Shown: one piece after another, positions 37,611-49,026 of the stretch
How positions within the stretch are numbered: position 1 is the first letter of the stretch
How the letters are laid out: every line of letters begins with the position of its first letter
Assembly: GCF_001194135.2 (NCBI RefSeq)
Contig: NC_068991.1
Span: 65,221,240-65,285,239, forward strand
Length of the DNA: 64,000 nucleotides
Direction: 5' to 3'
From: Octopus bimaculoides
Taxonomy: Eukaryota
Notes under the pieces: model-generated
Told to the model about the DNA's origin: nothing
The model's database searches: none
What the model saw: only the letters and a program-made list of their open reading frames with translations
Program-made: the position numbers and the translations under genes

Positions 37611-40581
37611 CGCGATTTATCGGTAGGTGATTGTAACCATTCTACTTCAATCAAGACAATAATTACTTTGTACAAACACCAAGAGATGCCACCAGACAAC
37701 CCCTCAGTTCCTGTTCCTTATTTAGAACAAAAAAAGGCTTCGAAAGAACGTTGAGGCATCAATCAGTCAGAAATAGCAATCAAATCTTTAAATCACATTT
37801 TTTCTCTCTCTCTTTAAATGGAAAGGGTACATTAGATAACACAATCTTAGAAGTATGTCAGAATATAGGACAGGATGGTCACGGATAAATCGCTTTTGAT
37901 CATAGCTCAGGGTTGAACTGGTACTGAACAGCGACAAACTAAAAGCTAGGCCTGGCAACAAACTAAAGGCTTGACCTTTGTTAAAAAAATCAATAATAAG
38001 AGCAGAGGTAAGTTCCTGTGACCTGGTTTTGATTTTCGCTCGATACTATAAGCCATAATCCGTGTCCTAAATGCTACTATAAACACGAATGTCTTCACTT
38101 CAAACACCAAGTCTTCTTAACATGCCATACGTTGTACCAATGTCAGGAGGTGACGAGGGGCAGAGCGGAAAGCACTACCAATCTGTGGTGACAGTTATGC
38201 TTTTTCCCCGATAGCACGGGCCACCGATGTAATTACCTAGATGCTACCCAACTAAACAGGTGTATTGGGTGGGTACACTGTAACCAACTGAATCCTCTAC
38301 TCAACTAATGTAGTGGTAGAAAATTAAAGGAAAGAAACAAGCTGTTACTGAATATTCAGGGTTAATTAACACACTCGGAAATTGGAAGGCTGCTATATCA
38401 CTATGATTATTATGAAAATTCTCATTCTATATTCGCTCATAAAATACAAATGCAGTCACATATATACATGTTTACATGAATCAATACAATGCTAGAACGT
38501 GCACATGCAGGCAAGTAAATAAACCTACATAAATACATAATACACTTTTACATAAGCACATCTATATTAATATTATACACACATACATGTAAGTTTACAC
38601 AAGCATGCACACTGACAGAAGCACATATTATACACACACAATCTTGGGTGGGTCATTGTCATTACGAAACCCGCGTTGGTTCTACTTCACATCCTTTTAT
38701 CAATAGAAGACAACTAGCCTTATTGCGCGCGTGCGTAGCTAATATAAAGGAAAATGCGAAAATACTGATAAAACTACGAAATGTGAAGTTGAGAGAAAAT
38801 AAATCAAAAGTTTTTTTTTTTTATTCATTTATTTGATTTTTAATCAGTAAGACTGGCGTGAGAGATTGTCCTTGACATCAACAAAAGCTGCTGAGGTGTA
38901 AAGGTTGCAAGCAAAAGAGGAACTGTCAGTTATAATTAGCTGTACTAACATCACAACTGTCCCAAAACCGGTTAGGAAAGGTCTACATAACACACAATAG
39001 AATTGTGTGTGCGTGTATGTATATATGTGGATGTATGGTTGGGTGTAGTAATAATGTTATTTTATGTTCCAATGTGATTGAATGTCGAGGAAGTGCGAGT
39101 TAAAAGCATGGCTGTGTGGTTTTAAATAATCATATACATTATGTTCCGTGTGATTCCATATGTAGTTGTGCGAGATTGTACGAATATATGTGAATATGAA
39201 GTTGTGTGCAAATATCAATGCAATTATGTATTTAAATATATGTACATATAAGTGTGTGTAGGAGAATATTAAACTGTTATGATCAGGTGCAACACTTCCC
39301 AATGTTTTTAACACAGAAATACATTTAGTTAGAAATACGTTTAGTTATTAAACGAGACGAGCACACTTAAAAATAATAAGTCGAGGTTAACCGAAGTAAA
39401 AAAAAAAAATTTACTTAAGGCACTCAGATTTTTACCAAGTCATTCAGGTTAATTCATTCTGAAACATTGCTGAACGAGTAGACGACTCTAAATACCAACC
39501 ACTGTAAACTTCCATTTAAATAGTAAAATTGCCAGTTTAAATCAATATCCACGTCGAACAGCGATATCAGTGTGAATGTACAGAATTTAATTCTAAATGT
39601 TTTAAATTATAATTAAATAGCTACCAGTTTTAATTGAAACTGATGGGAAGAATACTGATACAAACAATAAGCGCCAAATAACAGGAAGCAAGTTTCAATT
39701 AGTTCTGAAACCCAATCAAGAAAGATAGTTTCTAGGTTGTCGACTCGACCTGCTAGAAATAACAACTGAATCTCCATTATATCGTTCTCTACGGTTAAAA
39801 AAGAAAAAGACGGACACATTGGATACATTATGAGACTGTACGATTATATATGAATATATTATGTCTGAATGAAGGGAGTAGTCACGACTGGAACGTTTTC
39901 TGATGATGGGTCTGCTTGAGTGGTTAAATATACTATACTTGTGAATAACCAGGGATTAAAACCGAGTTAAATTTGTTTCGGGTGTTGTGAAATGAATGAG
40001 TAAAGGGTCAATTTGAGGTTAATATATTAATAATTAGGGATTAAGATCGAACTATCGCACAGTTTTAAAAACTAGTAGTCAAGATTGATTTTTGGATAAG
40101 AGAGACTAAATAATTACATACAGCAGTAATAAGAGATCAGATATCGACATTTTCCAAATTGAACACGTGTTTATTACAAACAGTAATTATGTATGATTAT
40201 GCGCGTGAAGGAGATAGATTTGATGAGTTAAAATAACACTTTCCGCAGTCCGCCGGCTTTAACTTGCCGGTTTCCTAAATGTAAACATAGAAATAAGGTA
40301 GCACTTTTAAAGGAGGGAAAGAAGACCACCATGTCCGAATCTCGATGCCTGAAACACCCAATACAAAGAAGATTCCTCTACAAAGTGGCTGTAAATTTGT
40401 CTCTAGATTAACGGATAAATCGTGCAGGTGGAATAATCTGTATTTTTTGTGGCGGGAATAAGAGATGATGAGAAGAAATGGGTCAGAATACTCGAGTTAT
40501 GTATCATAAAATCACACACGCAATGTGATGTTAAAAAATTTTTTTTTTTTAAATAGGTGAAACTGTAAAATAAATACTTAC

Positions 40582-40665
40582 CCTTTGGTCGACAGGGACG
40601 GTATTTTTCTTCCGTCGTAGGTTAGGAGAGCGAAGGACCTTTCTAGAGATGCTAGGTTTATCCAT
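40582..40665 (-). CDS. MAPKBP1: First coding exon of MAPKBP1/WDR62-family WD40 protein (MDKPSISRKVLRSPNLRRKKNTVPVDQR)
   Basis: ATG at 40665 in context gcactATGg, with an in-frame TGA 9 codons upstream. 84 nt (28 codons) end at the donor AGG|GTAAGT in phase 0 and splice in frame to the 684-593 exon. KVLRSPNLRRKK resembles the vertebrate MAPKBP1 N-terminus (KNLLRSPSIKLRRSK, from memory). Confidence 0.85.
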
Positions 40666-41016
40666 AGTGCATTGAATCAAGTGACCTGGTCAATTCAATT
40701 AGCCACAAGTCATAGGGTTGACCAAAACTTGTTCATCTACTTTCTGCCACCCTTCAACCACTTGGCTTCTCTTAATGTTGACAGCAGTATTAAGTCTGTC
40801 AATGGCTTCACAACTCGCCCAGGCGTATTTCGCATAAATAAGAAAAATAATGAAATAAACTTCGCTTCTTTCTCTTCGGTTGAAGTTTTAAAACTGTTTA
40901 TTTCATATCTGACATCTTGAGACTTCGTTTTCGGAGGGATTATGTTTGCGTGGTTCCTTTTTCCCTCATTAGCGAGTACCAGTGGAAATCATAAACAAGA
41001 CAGTGGCGAAGAGGCC
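40666..41016 (-). other. Probable 5' UTR portion of the first coding exon
   Basis: Strong acceptor ctccctttctctcattgcag|GGCC (AG at 41018-41017). A nearer alternative acceptor, ggctaattgaattgaccag|GTC, would start the exon at 40685. Confidence 0.45.
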
Positions 41017-41471
41017 CTGCAATGAGAGAAAGGGAGCTGTGTAGTCATTTATTTATTGTACACACGGTTGCCCTCCTCTTTTTCTTCTTCTTCTTACTGT
41101 TCAAAGTCGGCGGTGGTGCAGATGATACTGCCATTATTCAAACGTTTAAATAGCCTTCTTACTTATTTCACTTCCCCCATACATGAGTGTGTCTTTTAGG
41201 TTTCTTCACCTTTTCTTTTTTTTTTTTTTTGCTTTCCTGCTTGTCTGTTGGCAAAACAACAACAGAATTAGAGAGGCGGGGGTTAGATTAAACTAACACT
41301 ATGTGCGTATTTACGTGCACCCGTGCCTCTCAGTAGAGACACATGGAAGAGAGAGAGTGTATATAAAACACATATTGCTGTCTCGTGCTGCTCTGTGTAT
41401 ATATCTGTGTGTGTGTGTGTACGTAAATGCGATTAGAGAGAGGGGGAGGTAAAGCAACGCTAACACCTTAC

Positions 41472-41580
41472 CTCTCCTCCTCCTTCTTTACATACCGTAC
41501 ACGGCGACCGACTGCTTTAACGAACGAAAGATTTCATTGGTTTCGCAGTTTGACTCGCTTTCTTTCACTATTCCACATGT
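41472..41580 (-). promoter_or_regulatory. Candidate non-coding upstream exon / TSS region
   Basis: Minus-strand donor GAG|GTAAGG (GT at 41471-41470) and a second possible donor CG|GTATGT ~20 nt upstream, in CpG-retaining sequence. The 5' boundary is a guess. Confidence 0.35.
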
Positions 41581-44500
41581 GTCTGTCTTTTCTAAAAGTC
41601 TGCTACAGAATGGAGAGATTTCTCATCAGACATAAGAAAAATCGATACTAAATTGACAACACCTATCTGTTGAGGGTATCTTCGGGATAGAATCGGTGTA
41701 TTCACATACGCACACACACACATTGTAATTCTAAAGTATAGACTCGAAAATACTCGTCAAATTTGTATGTTTTAAGCATTAGAATTCATGATTCTGCAAA
41801 AAAAATGTTTTCCGAAATTCGAATTTTTGGAAACCGATTCCATGTATTCACACGCACACTCACACGCATATGATAATCCTGTAGAATAGAGTCGGAAATG
41901 CTCTATTCCACCAGAGACCGTAATTTTTTTGAATTTGAGTTAGAGTTAATGATTCTGCAAAAACTAAAATTTTCGCGAAAATTAAAATTTTTTCTCATTC
42001 ACATCCTCTCCCGCTTTCCCTAATTTTTCATTTTTGACCTGCGAAAAAAAATTCCGATCTATGTTTAAAACATGATTCTACCCTCGCCAAAAAAAAAAAA
42101 ACTAAAAATAAAATTTGAAAAAAATAAAAACAATTTCATTTTTCCCAATTTTTGTTTTCTTCTCTTTTTCATAACTTTTTGGGCTTTTTTTGTGGGGTGG
42201 GGTACTTCTTTTTCGTAATATTTTTCCGATCTACTAAACATCAAAGATTATGATTATGGAAAAATTAAATTTTCGCAATTTCAATTATCTGGCGGAGTTT
42301 CGTTTCGAATTTTTTTCTTTTCTTTTTCTCATCTTTCACAGAGGTGTAAAAAGAGGCAAAATANNNNNNNNNNNNNNNNNNNNNNNNNNNNNNNNNNNNN
42401 NNNNNNNNNNNNNNNNNNNNNNNNNNNNNNNNNNNNNNNNNNNNNNNNNNNNNNNNNNNNNNNNNNNNNNNNNNNNNNNNNNNNNNNNNNNNNNNNNNNN
42501 NNNNNNNNNNNNNNNNNNNNNNNNNNNNNNNNNNNNNNNNNNNNNNNNNNNNNNNNNNNNNNNNNNNNNNNNNNNNNNNNNNNNNNNNNNNNNNNNNNNN
42601 NNNNNNNNNNNNNNNNNNNNNNNNNNNNNNNNNNNNNNNNNNNNNNNNNNNNNNNNNNNNNNNNNNNNNNNNNNNNNNNNNNNNNNNNNNNNNNNNNNNN
42701 NNNNNNNNNNNNNNNNNNNNNNNNNNNNNNNNNNNNNNNNNNNNNNNNNNNNNNNNNNNNNNNNNNNNNNNNNNNNNNNNNNNNNNNNNNNNNNNNNNNN
42801 NGATTTTTAAATTTTTAAAAGAAATACCTGACAACTGCTATTTTAAAGAGTTGTCCACCTCTACTTTTCAAACGTCTATCGTTTAATATAACAGCGTTCT
42901 GTCGCTAATATTTATTGTAGGTGGAGATGGCTTTTGCGACAGAAAAAAAGTAAAAAAAAGAAGCGGTAATGGCGGCGGTGGCGGTGGTGGTGGTGGTGGT
43001 GGTGGCTAAAGCGATACAGAATAGAGGGATAGAACAGCTGACGCATGATTAAGACAGTGTGAGAAGAAGAAGAAGATGCAAATTGTGGTAATGGAAATAG
43101 TAATGATGATGATGATGAATGACAACGATGAAAATGAATTGCTTAATAGAGAAAACAAGAGATAAAGACAAATAATGAACAATTTTAAAAAGAATGGTCG
43201 ACAGAACGGGAAGATGGGGAGATTCCAAAAGAGAAGTGTGAAGGCTGAGTGTATGACAGATAATTTGGTGAGAGAAAGAGAGAGGGGACAGGGGAGGAAG
43301 AGGAGGGGTGGAGGAGAAAGAGGGATGGGGGAGGAAGACGGAGAATAAAAGACGGAGAGAGAAAAAAATGTAACAAACATGTCACTTGTCCGTCATTTAC
43401 GATGTGTGTGTGTGTGTGTGTGTGTGACACAGTGCGTATGTATTTGTGTGTTGCGTACGTGCATATTTGTGAGTAAGAGACAGACAGGTAAATAAATGAA
43501 TAAAACAACAAAATAAAAAAGAAAAGTGAAAAAGAAAGGCTGATTGAAAAGAAATGAAAAAAGTATTGCGTAAGATTTTATTCAAAAGATTATACTGTTG
43601 AAATAAACTGACGGCGTCTTTTTCTTTGTGATCGTGTGGTGGTGGAGGATGTTCTGAACATTTCCTATAAAACTTTAAACTTCTTGTATTCGAAGTTTAA
43701 ATACAGTGAACAAGGCCGGCAAAAGTCGATTAAATCGACTGCAATGCTCAACTGGTACTTATTTTATCGATCTCGAAAGGATGAAAGGCAAAGTCGACCT
43801 CCGTTGCATTTGAACTAAGAACGTAAATGCCGCTAAGCGTTTTGTCCGGCGCGGTAACGATTCTGCCATTTCACCGCCTTCTGTGAACTTCGGATATTGA
43901 AAAAGAATTGATGGATCGCATGCGCACGCACACACGTACACACATATATCACAGATCCCTATGGATCACACAGGTTGTAATCCTTTGAAACATATGTTTA
44001 AATATACTCAAATACCCAAAATTTCAAGGAGTTCCTGCCTTAAAAACAGGAACTACAACACAGTTATTTTGTGTTCTTTGCTACATTGGTTTCTATTAAC
44101 CCATTTATTCTATCCGAAGAATTTTTATTCATTAAGATAGAAGAAATACATATAATTAAATATATACATACATATGTATATATGTGCGTACATATTCTCA
44201 ACAACGAGGATTGCATGTTGTTGAATTTTATAAGAATTTTATAAACTTTCGAGAACCGAAATAATTCCTTATTGAAAGTGGATCTCGAAGTACATAAAGC
44301 AATAAATGATAACTTGTAAAGTTTTTTTTATTTCTTTACTGCCCACAAAGGGGATACACACGGAGGGGACAAACAAGGACAGACAAACGGATTAAGTCGA
44401 TTATATCGACCCCAGTGAGTAACTGGTACTTATTTAATCGACCCCGAAAGGATGAAAGGCAAAGTCGACCTTGGCGGAATTTGAACCCATAACGTAAAGA

Positions 44501-45303
44501 CAGACGAAATACCGCTAAGCATTTCGTCCGTCGTGCTAACGTTTCTTATTTCTTTATTGCCCACAAGGGGCTAAACATAGAGGGGACAAACAAGGACAGA
44601 CAAAGGGATTAAGAAATACGAGACTAGAAAAACAGCCAACAACTGATGAAAGGTTGTTCCGTTTGTCGTTTGTTTTGTTTTCCATTTCTGTCTTTCGTTG
44701 TTCGAAGAAATAGTTCTTGTTCCATGTACTCGTGCTTCGTATTTTTTTGTTGTACACGTTTCATGACGTCCAGTGTCCCCACATATGCACATATATATTA
44801 TTATACGTGTAGATGTGGATTAAAACAGTGTGATTCAAACTCCTTGGTACTCTGGCCGAAAACTAGCGACACGTTTGAGACTCAGAATACTAAGGAAATT
44901 GAATCAAGCTATTTTGATCCATACATGTATAGTAACGCCGTGCGCATGCGTAGTCTCACGCATGCGTGGAATTCAACATCCAAGCGTTCCCGCTTTATTC
45001 TTTCTCTTTCTCGCCTGGCCAGCGATTGAGCATGGACGTGTCAAAGCCTTCTCTCCATCTTTCGAACTCACGCTAGACAGCTCACATCAACATACCAACG
45101 TCCCAACAACCATGTTCTCACACACAGAAGGCGTCTCAACAACCAAGAGTAAAGCTGCATATTTTCCACCATAAATAAATATTGTTATGTTGATAGTTTG
45201 GAGTTCTGCGTTCCGTTCATTCTAATTTAATATAGGAAAGCAGGTGTACATCTATTGATGTATAACCCACTTTCCTATACATGTAACTCCCAATCGAAGG
45301 ATT

Positions 45304-45380
45304 GGTTTAGCCCAATGGTAGAACGCCTGTCATTTACATGCGATGTGAGTTCGAGACCTACGGGTAACCTTCGACTTTTT
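45304..45380 (+). pseudogene. Degenerate tRNA-like unit (A box, B box, T5)
   Basis: TAGCCCAATGGTAGA (A-box-like), GAGTTCGAGACC (B-box-like) and TTTTT at ~45376. D stem and anticodon stem are imperfect and the isotype cannot be assigned. Confidence 0.3.
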
Positions 45381-46179
45381 CCAGCCAAAAGGTTTCTCAG
45401 CCCATTATTTATAACTTTATGTTCTTCGAGATTTACGGTTCCAAAAAAAATTATATATATACGACTCAAGCAATCAAAAGAGAGGGCTTCCAATAAATTA
45501 GGCATCTACTGGAGATCCCTCAGTCGACTTAGGAATCGCTTAGGTTTTAAAAAGAAATAGAGAAATGAAAAGAACATTCCACTCATATTAAACAACCGCA
45601 CAGTTGCTTTTGCCAGATAAATTCGTTCGTTTCTTTTTTTTTCTTTTTTTTTGTTTAATGGAAGATGAAGACTAATTCTATCTTCACTGCCCTTGTCAGA
45701 CGAAGTCTACGGGTTAAGAGGCGAAATACCTGTGATCCTGAGATACCTGCTGATGAAATGAAAATGCTTCCAACATTGCGATAGATTTAAAAGAAGAGCT
45801 GTCAAAACCCCAGAGTAACTCCTACAGTTTTGTGTTGGGCAAAGCATCTCCGATGTTTATTTCACCTATAATCCATATTTTTCATCAACAATTTTAACAA
45901 ATCAGTCCAATGATATATTCTCCTTCATTATTTACTACTTCTTGCCAACGTTCCACTTGCGTGTCAATACCTTAACGGTAGAAATCACAGGGTCTGACTC
46001 GAAGAATTCAACGTACCATGTTTTCAGTTCCATGTCTTTGGTGAACGAAACGCCTCTCAGGCTATATTGGAGAGCGACCGGAATAGGTGGGAATCTGAAG
46101 GTGCTATATCAGGAGAATACGGTGAGTGCGGCAGAACTTACCAACTGAATACCATTTTTGGTCAAATTAGCGACGTGGG

Positions 46180-46566
46180 AAGGCGGCGAGCTGGCAGAAA
46201 CGTTAGCACGCCGGGCGAAATGCTTAGCAATATTTCGTCTGCCATTACGTTCTAAGTTCAAATTCCGCCGAGGTCGACTTTGCCTTACATCATTTCGGGG
46301 TCGATAAATAAAGTACCAATTACACACTGGGGTCGATGTAATCGACTTAATCCCTTTGTCTGTCCTTGTTTGCCCCCTCTATGTTTAGCCCCTTGTAGGC
46401 AATAAAGAAATAAGAAACATTAGCACGCCGGGCGAAATGCTTAGCGGTATTTCGTCTGCCGTTACATTCTGAGTTCAAATTCCGCCAATGTCGACTTTGC
46501 CTTTCATCCTTTCGGGGTCAATAAATTAAGTACCCGTTGCGTACTGGATTTGATCTAATCGACTGG
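46180..46566 (+). mobile_element. SINE family C, head-to-tail dimer
   Basis: Unit aaggcggcgagctggcagaaacgttagcacgccgggcg...gttcaaattccgccgaggtcgactttgcc; the second unit starts at ~46415, directly after the tail. Other copies at 935-2165 (cluster, +), 6205-6355(+), 43704-43880(-), 44328-44613(-), 47443-47610(+), 50295-50420(-), 53050-53950 (cluster, -), 62912-63125(+). Confidence 0.85.
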
Positions 46567-47911
46567 TCTAATCGGTTTCCAAGGCATATTGGTTTCGCGA
46601 GTCATTGTACAATGCCAAATCATGGAAATTGCGGGCAATACTTTTTAAATGATATACAATGTAAATGACTAACAAAATTTGAACAATCTTTTATTGAAAT
46701 GGGGAAAATACGACTATCGTGTACGCGCGTCTGTGTCCCTTTTTATGCTTACACTGATATAAGAAACGTTATTGGTTACTTTTGTCACTTTGCTTCAATA
46801 GATTAGCAGTTAGAAAATAGTCACCTAATGCATCACAGCATAATACTAATATGAATCGATCTTTGAACACTTTGAATTCGCTCGCCGTTTTTCTATCCCT
46901 GATGAATATATGTACATCATTCATGCATGGGTGTGTGAATGGATACATACATACATACATACATAAATGCATGCATACATATATACGCATGCGCGCGCGC
47001 GCACACACTCACACACACACACACACACACATACATTGCCATTTTGCTCCAACTAGACCGGTTTGATCAGATCACCATTAAATATTTATTTTCTTCGCCT
47101 TTGGTACACTTTCGCTATGCAAATCTAATATTATGTAGGAAGCTTTTATATAAAAACTTTTCAAGCTATTCCTTACTGCCTGAATTCCAGATTATAGTTC
47201 GTTGGATATTTTATTTATAACGCTGATTTAATTAAAGATCGTTGCTATAGATAATACATCGGGTTTTATAATGCTACTCCGTATGTATTATATTAGTTTG
47301 AGCTGCGGTTATACTGTCGCTGATTTTTCTTTGTATCTCTTAATTGTTCCAACAGTCGCCTCGTTTACTATTAATCTGTTACGCAGTTTCTGTCGAACCG
47401 TTTGCATTTTAAAGCTGATTTTATATTTTTATTTTCCTTAGGCGACGAGCTAACAGAAATGCTTAGAAAATGCTTAGCGACATTTCGTCTGTTCTTACCT
47501 TCTGAGTTCAAATGCTGCCGAGGTCGACTTTGTCTTTCATCGTTTTGGGGTCGTTATAATAAGTACCAGCTCCCCCGAACTAGCTGTCCTTGTGCCAAAA
47601 TTTGAAATTAATATTTTCATTTCTAATGAAATCGCCTTTCTTGTTCATTTTTGGTTTAACACTTGAAACTATTATTTAGACCTTTGCTTGTCCAAATCAT
47701 TTTCAAAAACAGGACGATACAATGGGTTTTACAACGTGTAAACAATATAATAACAATTAAAATCAAACAATTTAAAACTCCCAATAGGGGAGGCGCATTA
47801 AGGGCCTCGTGAAAACCCCCACAAAAGTTACGGGTGCCTGAACAACAGGGAAAGAGCCCTTCTTCTTTTGCTTGCAGGTGCACGCTCAGAATTGGTCCTT
47901 TCACACTGGCC

Positions 47912-47960
<49 letters not shown>

Positions 47961-47963
<3 letters not shown>

Positions 47964-48079
47964 TATAGAAAGATGAGTTCTTAACTTTTCCGTAGTGATG
48001 GATTACGTCGGCTATGTTTACCTTAGTGATGGAATTTGGCAATCGTATACAAAAGTTAAGAACTCATCTTTCTATATAT
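47961..48079. repeat. Mini inverted-repeat element with perfect 29-bp arms ending in (TA)n
   Basis: ATATATAGAAAGATGAGTTCTTAACTTTT (47961-47989) and its exact reverse complement (48051-48079). Confidence 0.85.
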
Positions 48080-48130
48080 TACATTTCTGCTGAGTTTAAC
48101 AGTCCTCTCTATAAACTAATAATAATAATA

Positions 48131-48280
48131 AACTACTGGGTACTGCACACATTCTACGCAAAACACTTTCAATACAGTAAACATAAGAGCACCACAGCAA
48201 ACCACAGCACATACCCAAGGCGCACAGAGCTGCGCTCGGTAGTGAAGTGAAAGCGCGTTATAAAAATAAAACTACTGAAC

Positions 48281-48332
<52 letters not shown>
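48131..48332 (+). mobile_element. Short 3' fragment of R4/Dong type B inserted in (TAA)n
   Basis: Near-identical to 49888-50036 and flanked by (TAA)n on both sides. Confidence 0.85.
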
Positions 48333-48334
<2 letters not shown>

Positions 48335-49026
48335 GATTTCTTTATAAACCACAAGGGTTTACATTAAGAACATTATGGACAGTAGAGGACAAAACAAAGA
48401 ATTAATAATAGTAATGATCTCTTTTACTATAGGCCTAACATTTTGGCGGAAAGAGGTAGTCCATTACGTCGACCTCAGTTCCGNNNNNNNNNNNNNNNNN
48501 NNNNNNNNNNNNNNNNNNNNNNNNNNNNNNNNNNNNNNNNNNNNNNNNNNNNNNNNNNNNNNNNNNNNNNNNNNNNNNNNNNNNNNNNNNNNNNNNNNNN
48601 NNNNNNNNNNNNNNNNNNNNNNNNNNNNNNNNNNNNNNNNNNNNNNNNNNNNNNNNNNNNNNNNNNNNNNNNNNNNNNNNNNNNNNNNNNNNNNNNNNNN
48701 NNNNNNNNNNNNNNNNNNNNNNNNNNNNNNNNNNNNNNNNNNNNNNNNNNNNNNNNNNNNNNNNNNNNNNNNNNNNNNNNNNNNNNNNNNNNNNNNNNNN
48801 NNNNNNNNNNNNNNNNNNNNNNNNNNNNNNNNNNNNNNNNNNNNNNNNNNNNNNNNNNNNNNNNNNNNNNNNNNNNNNNNNNNNNNNNNNNNNNNNNNNN
48901 NNNNNNNNNNNNNNNNNNNNNNNNNNNNNNNNNNNNNNNNNNNNNNNNNNNNNNNNNNNNNNNNNNNNNNNNNNNNNNGCGGCGGTGGTGGTGGCGGTGG
49001 CGGCGGCGATGATGATGATGATGATA

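Larger units (their letters stand above)
685..40581 (-). other. ~39.9-kb first coding intron of the MAPKBP1/WDR62 homologue
   Basis: GT at 40581-40580 and AG at 686-685; the phase-0 junction gives a continuous family-like peptide. Length includes N-gaps of estimated size. Confidence 0.8.

Noticed and set aside
41674-42830. Possible large TIR element spanning the 42364-42801 gap
   Set aside because: The sequence looks repeat-like, but I could not define matching TIRs or a TSD.
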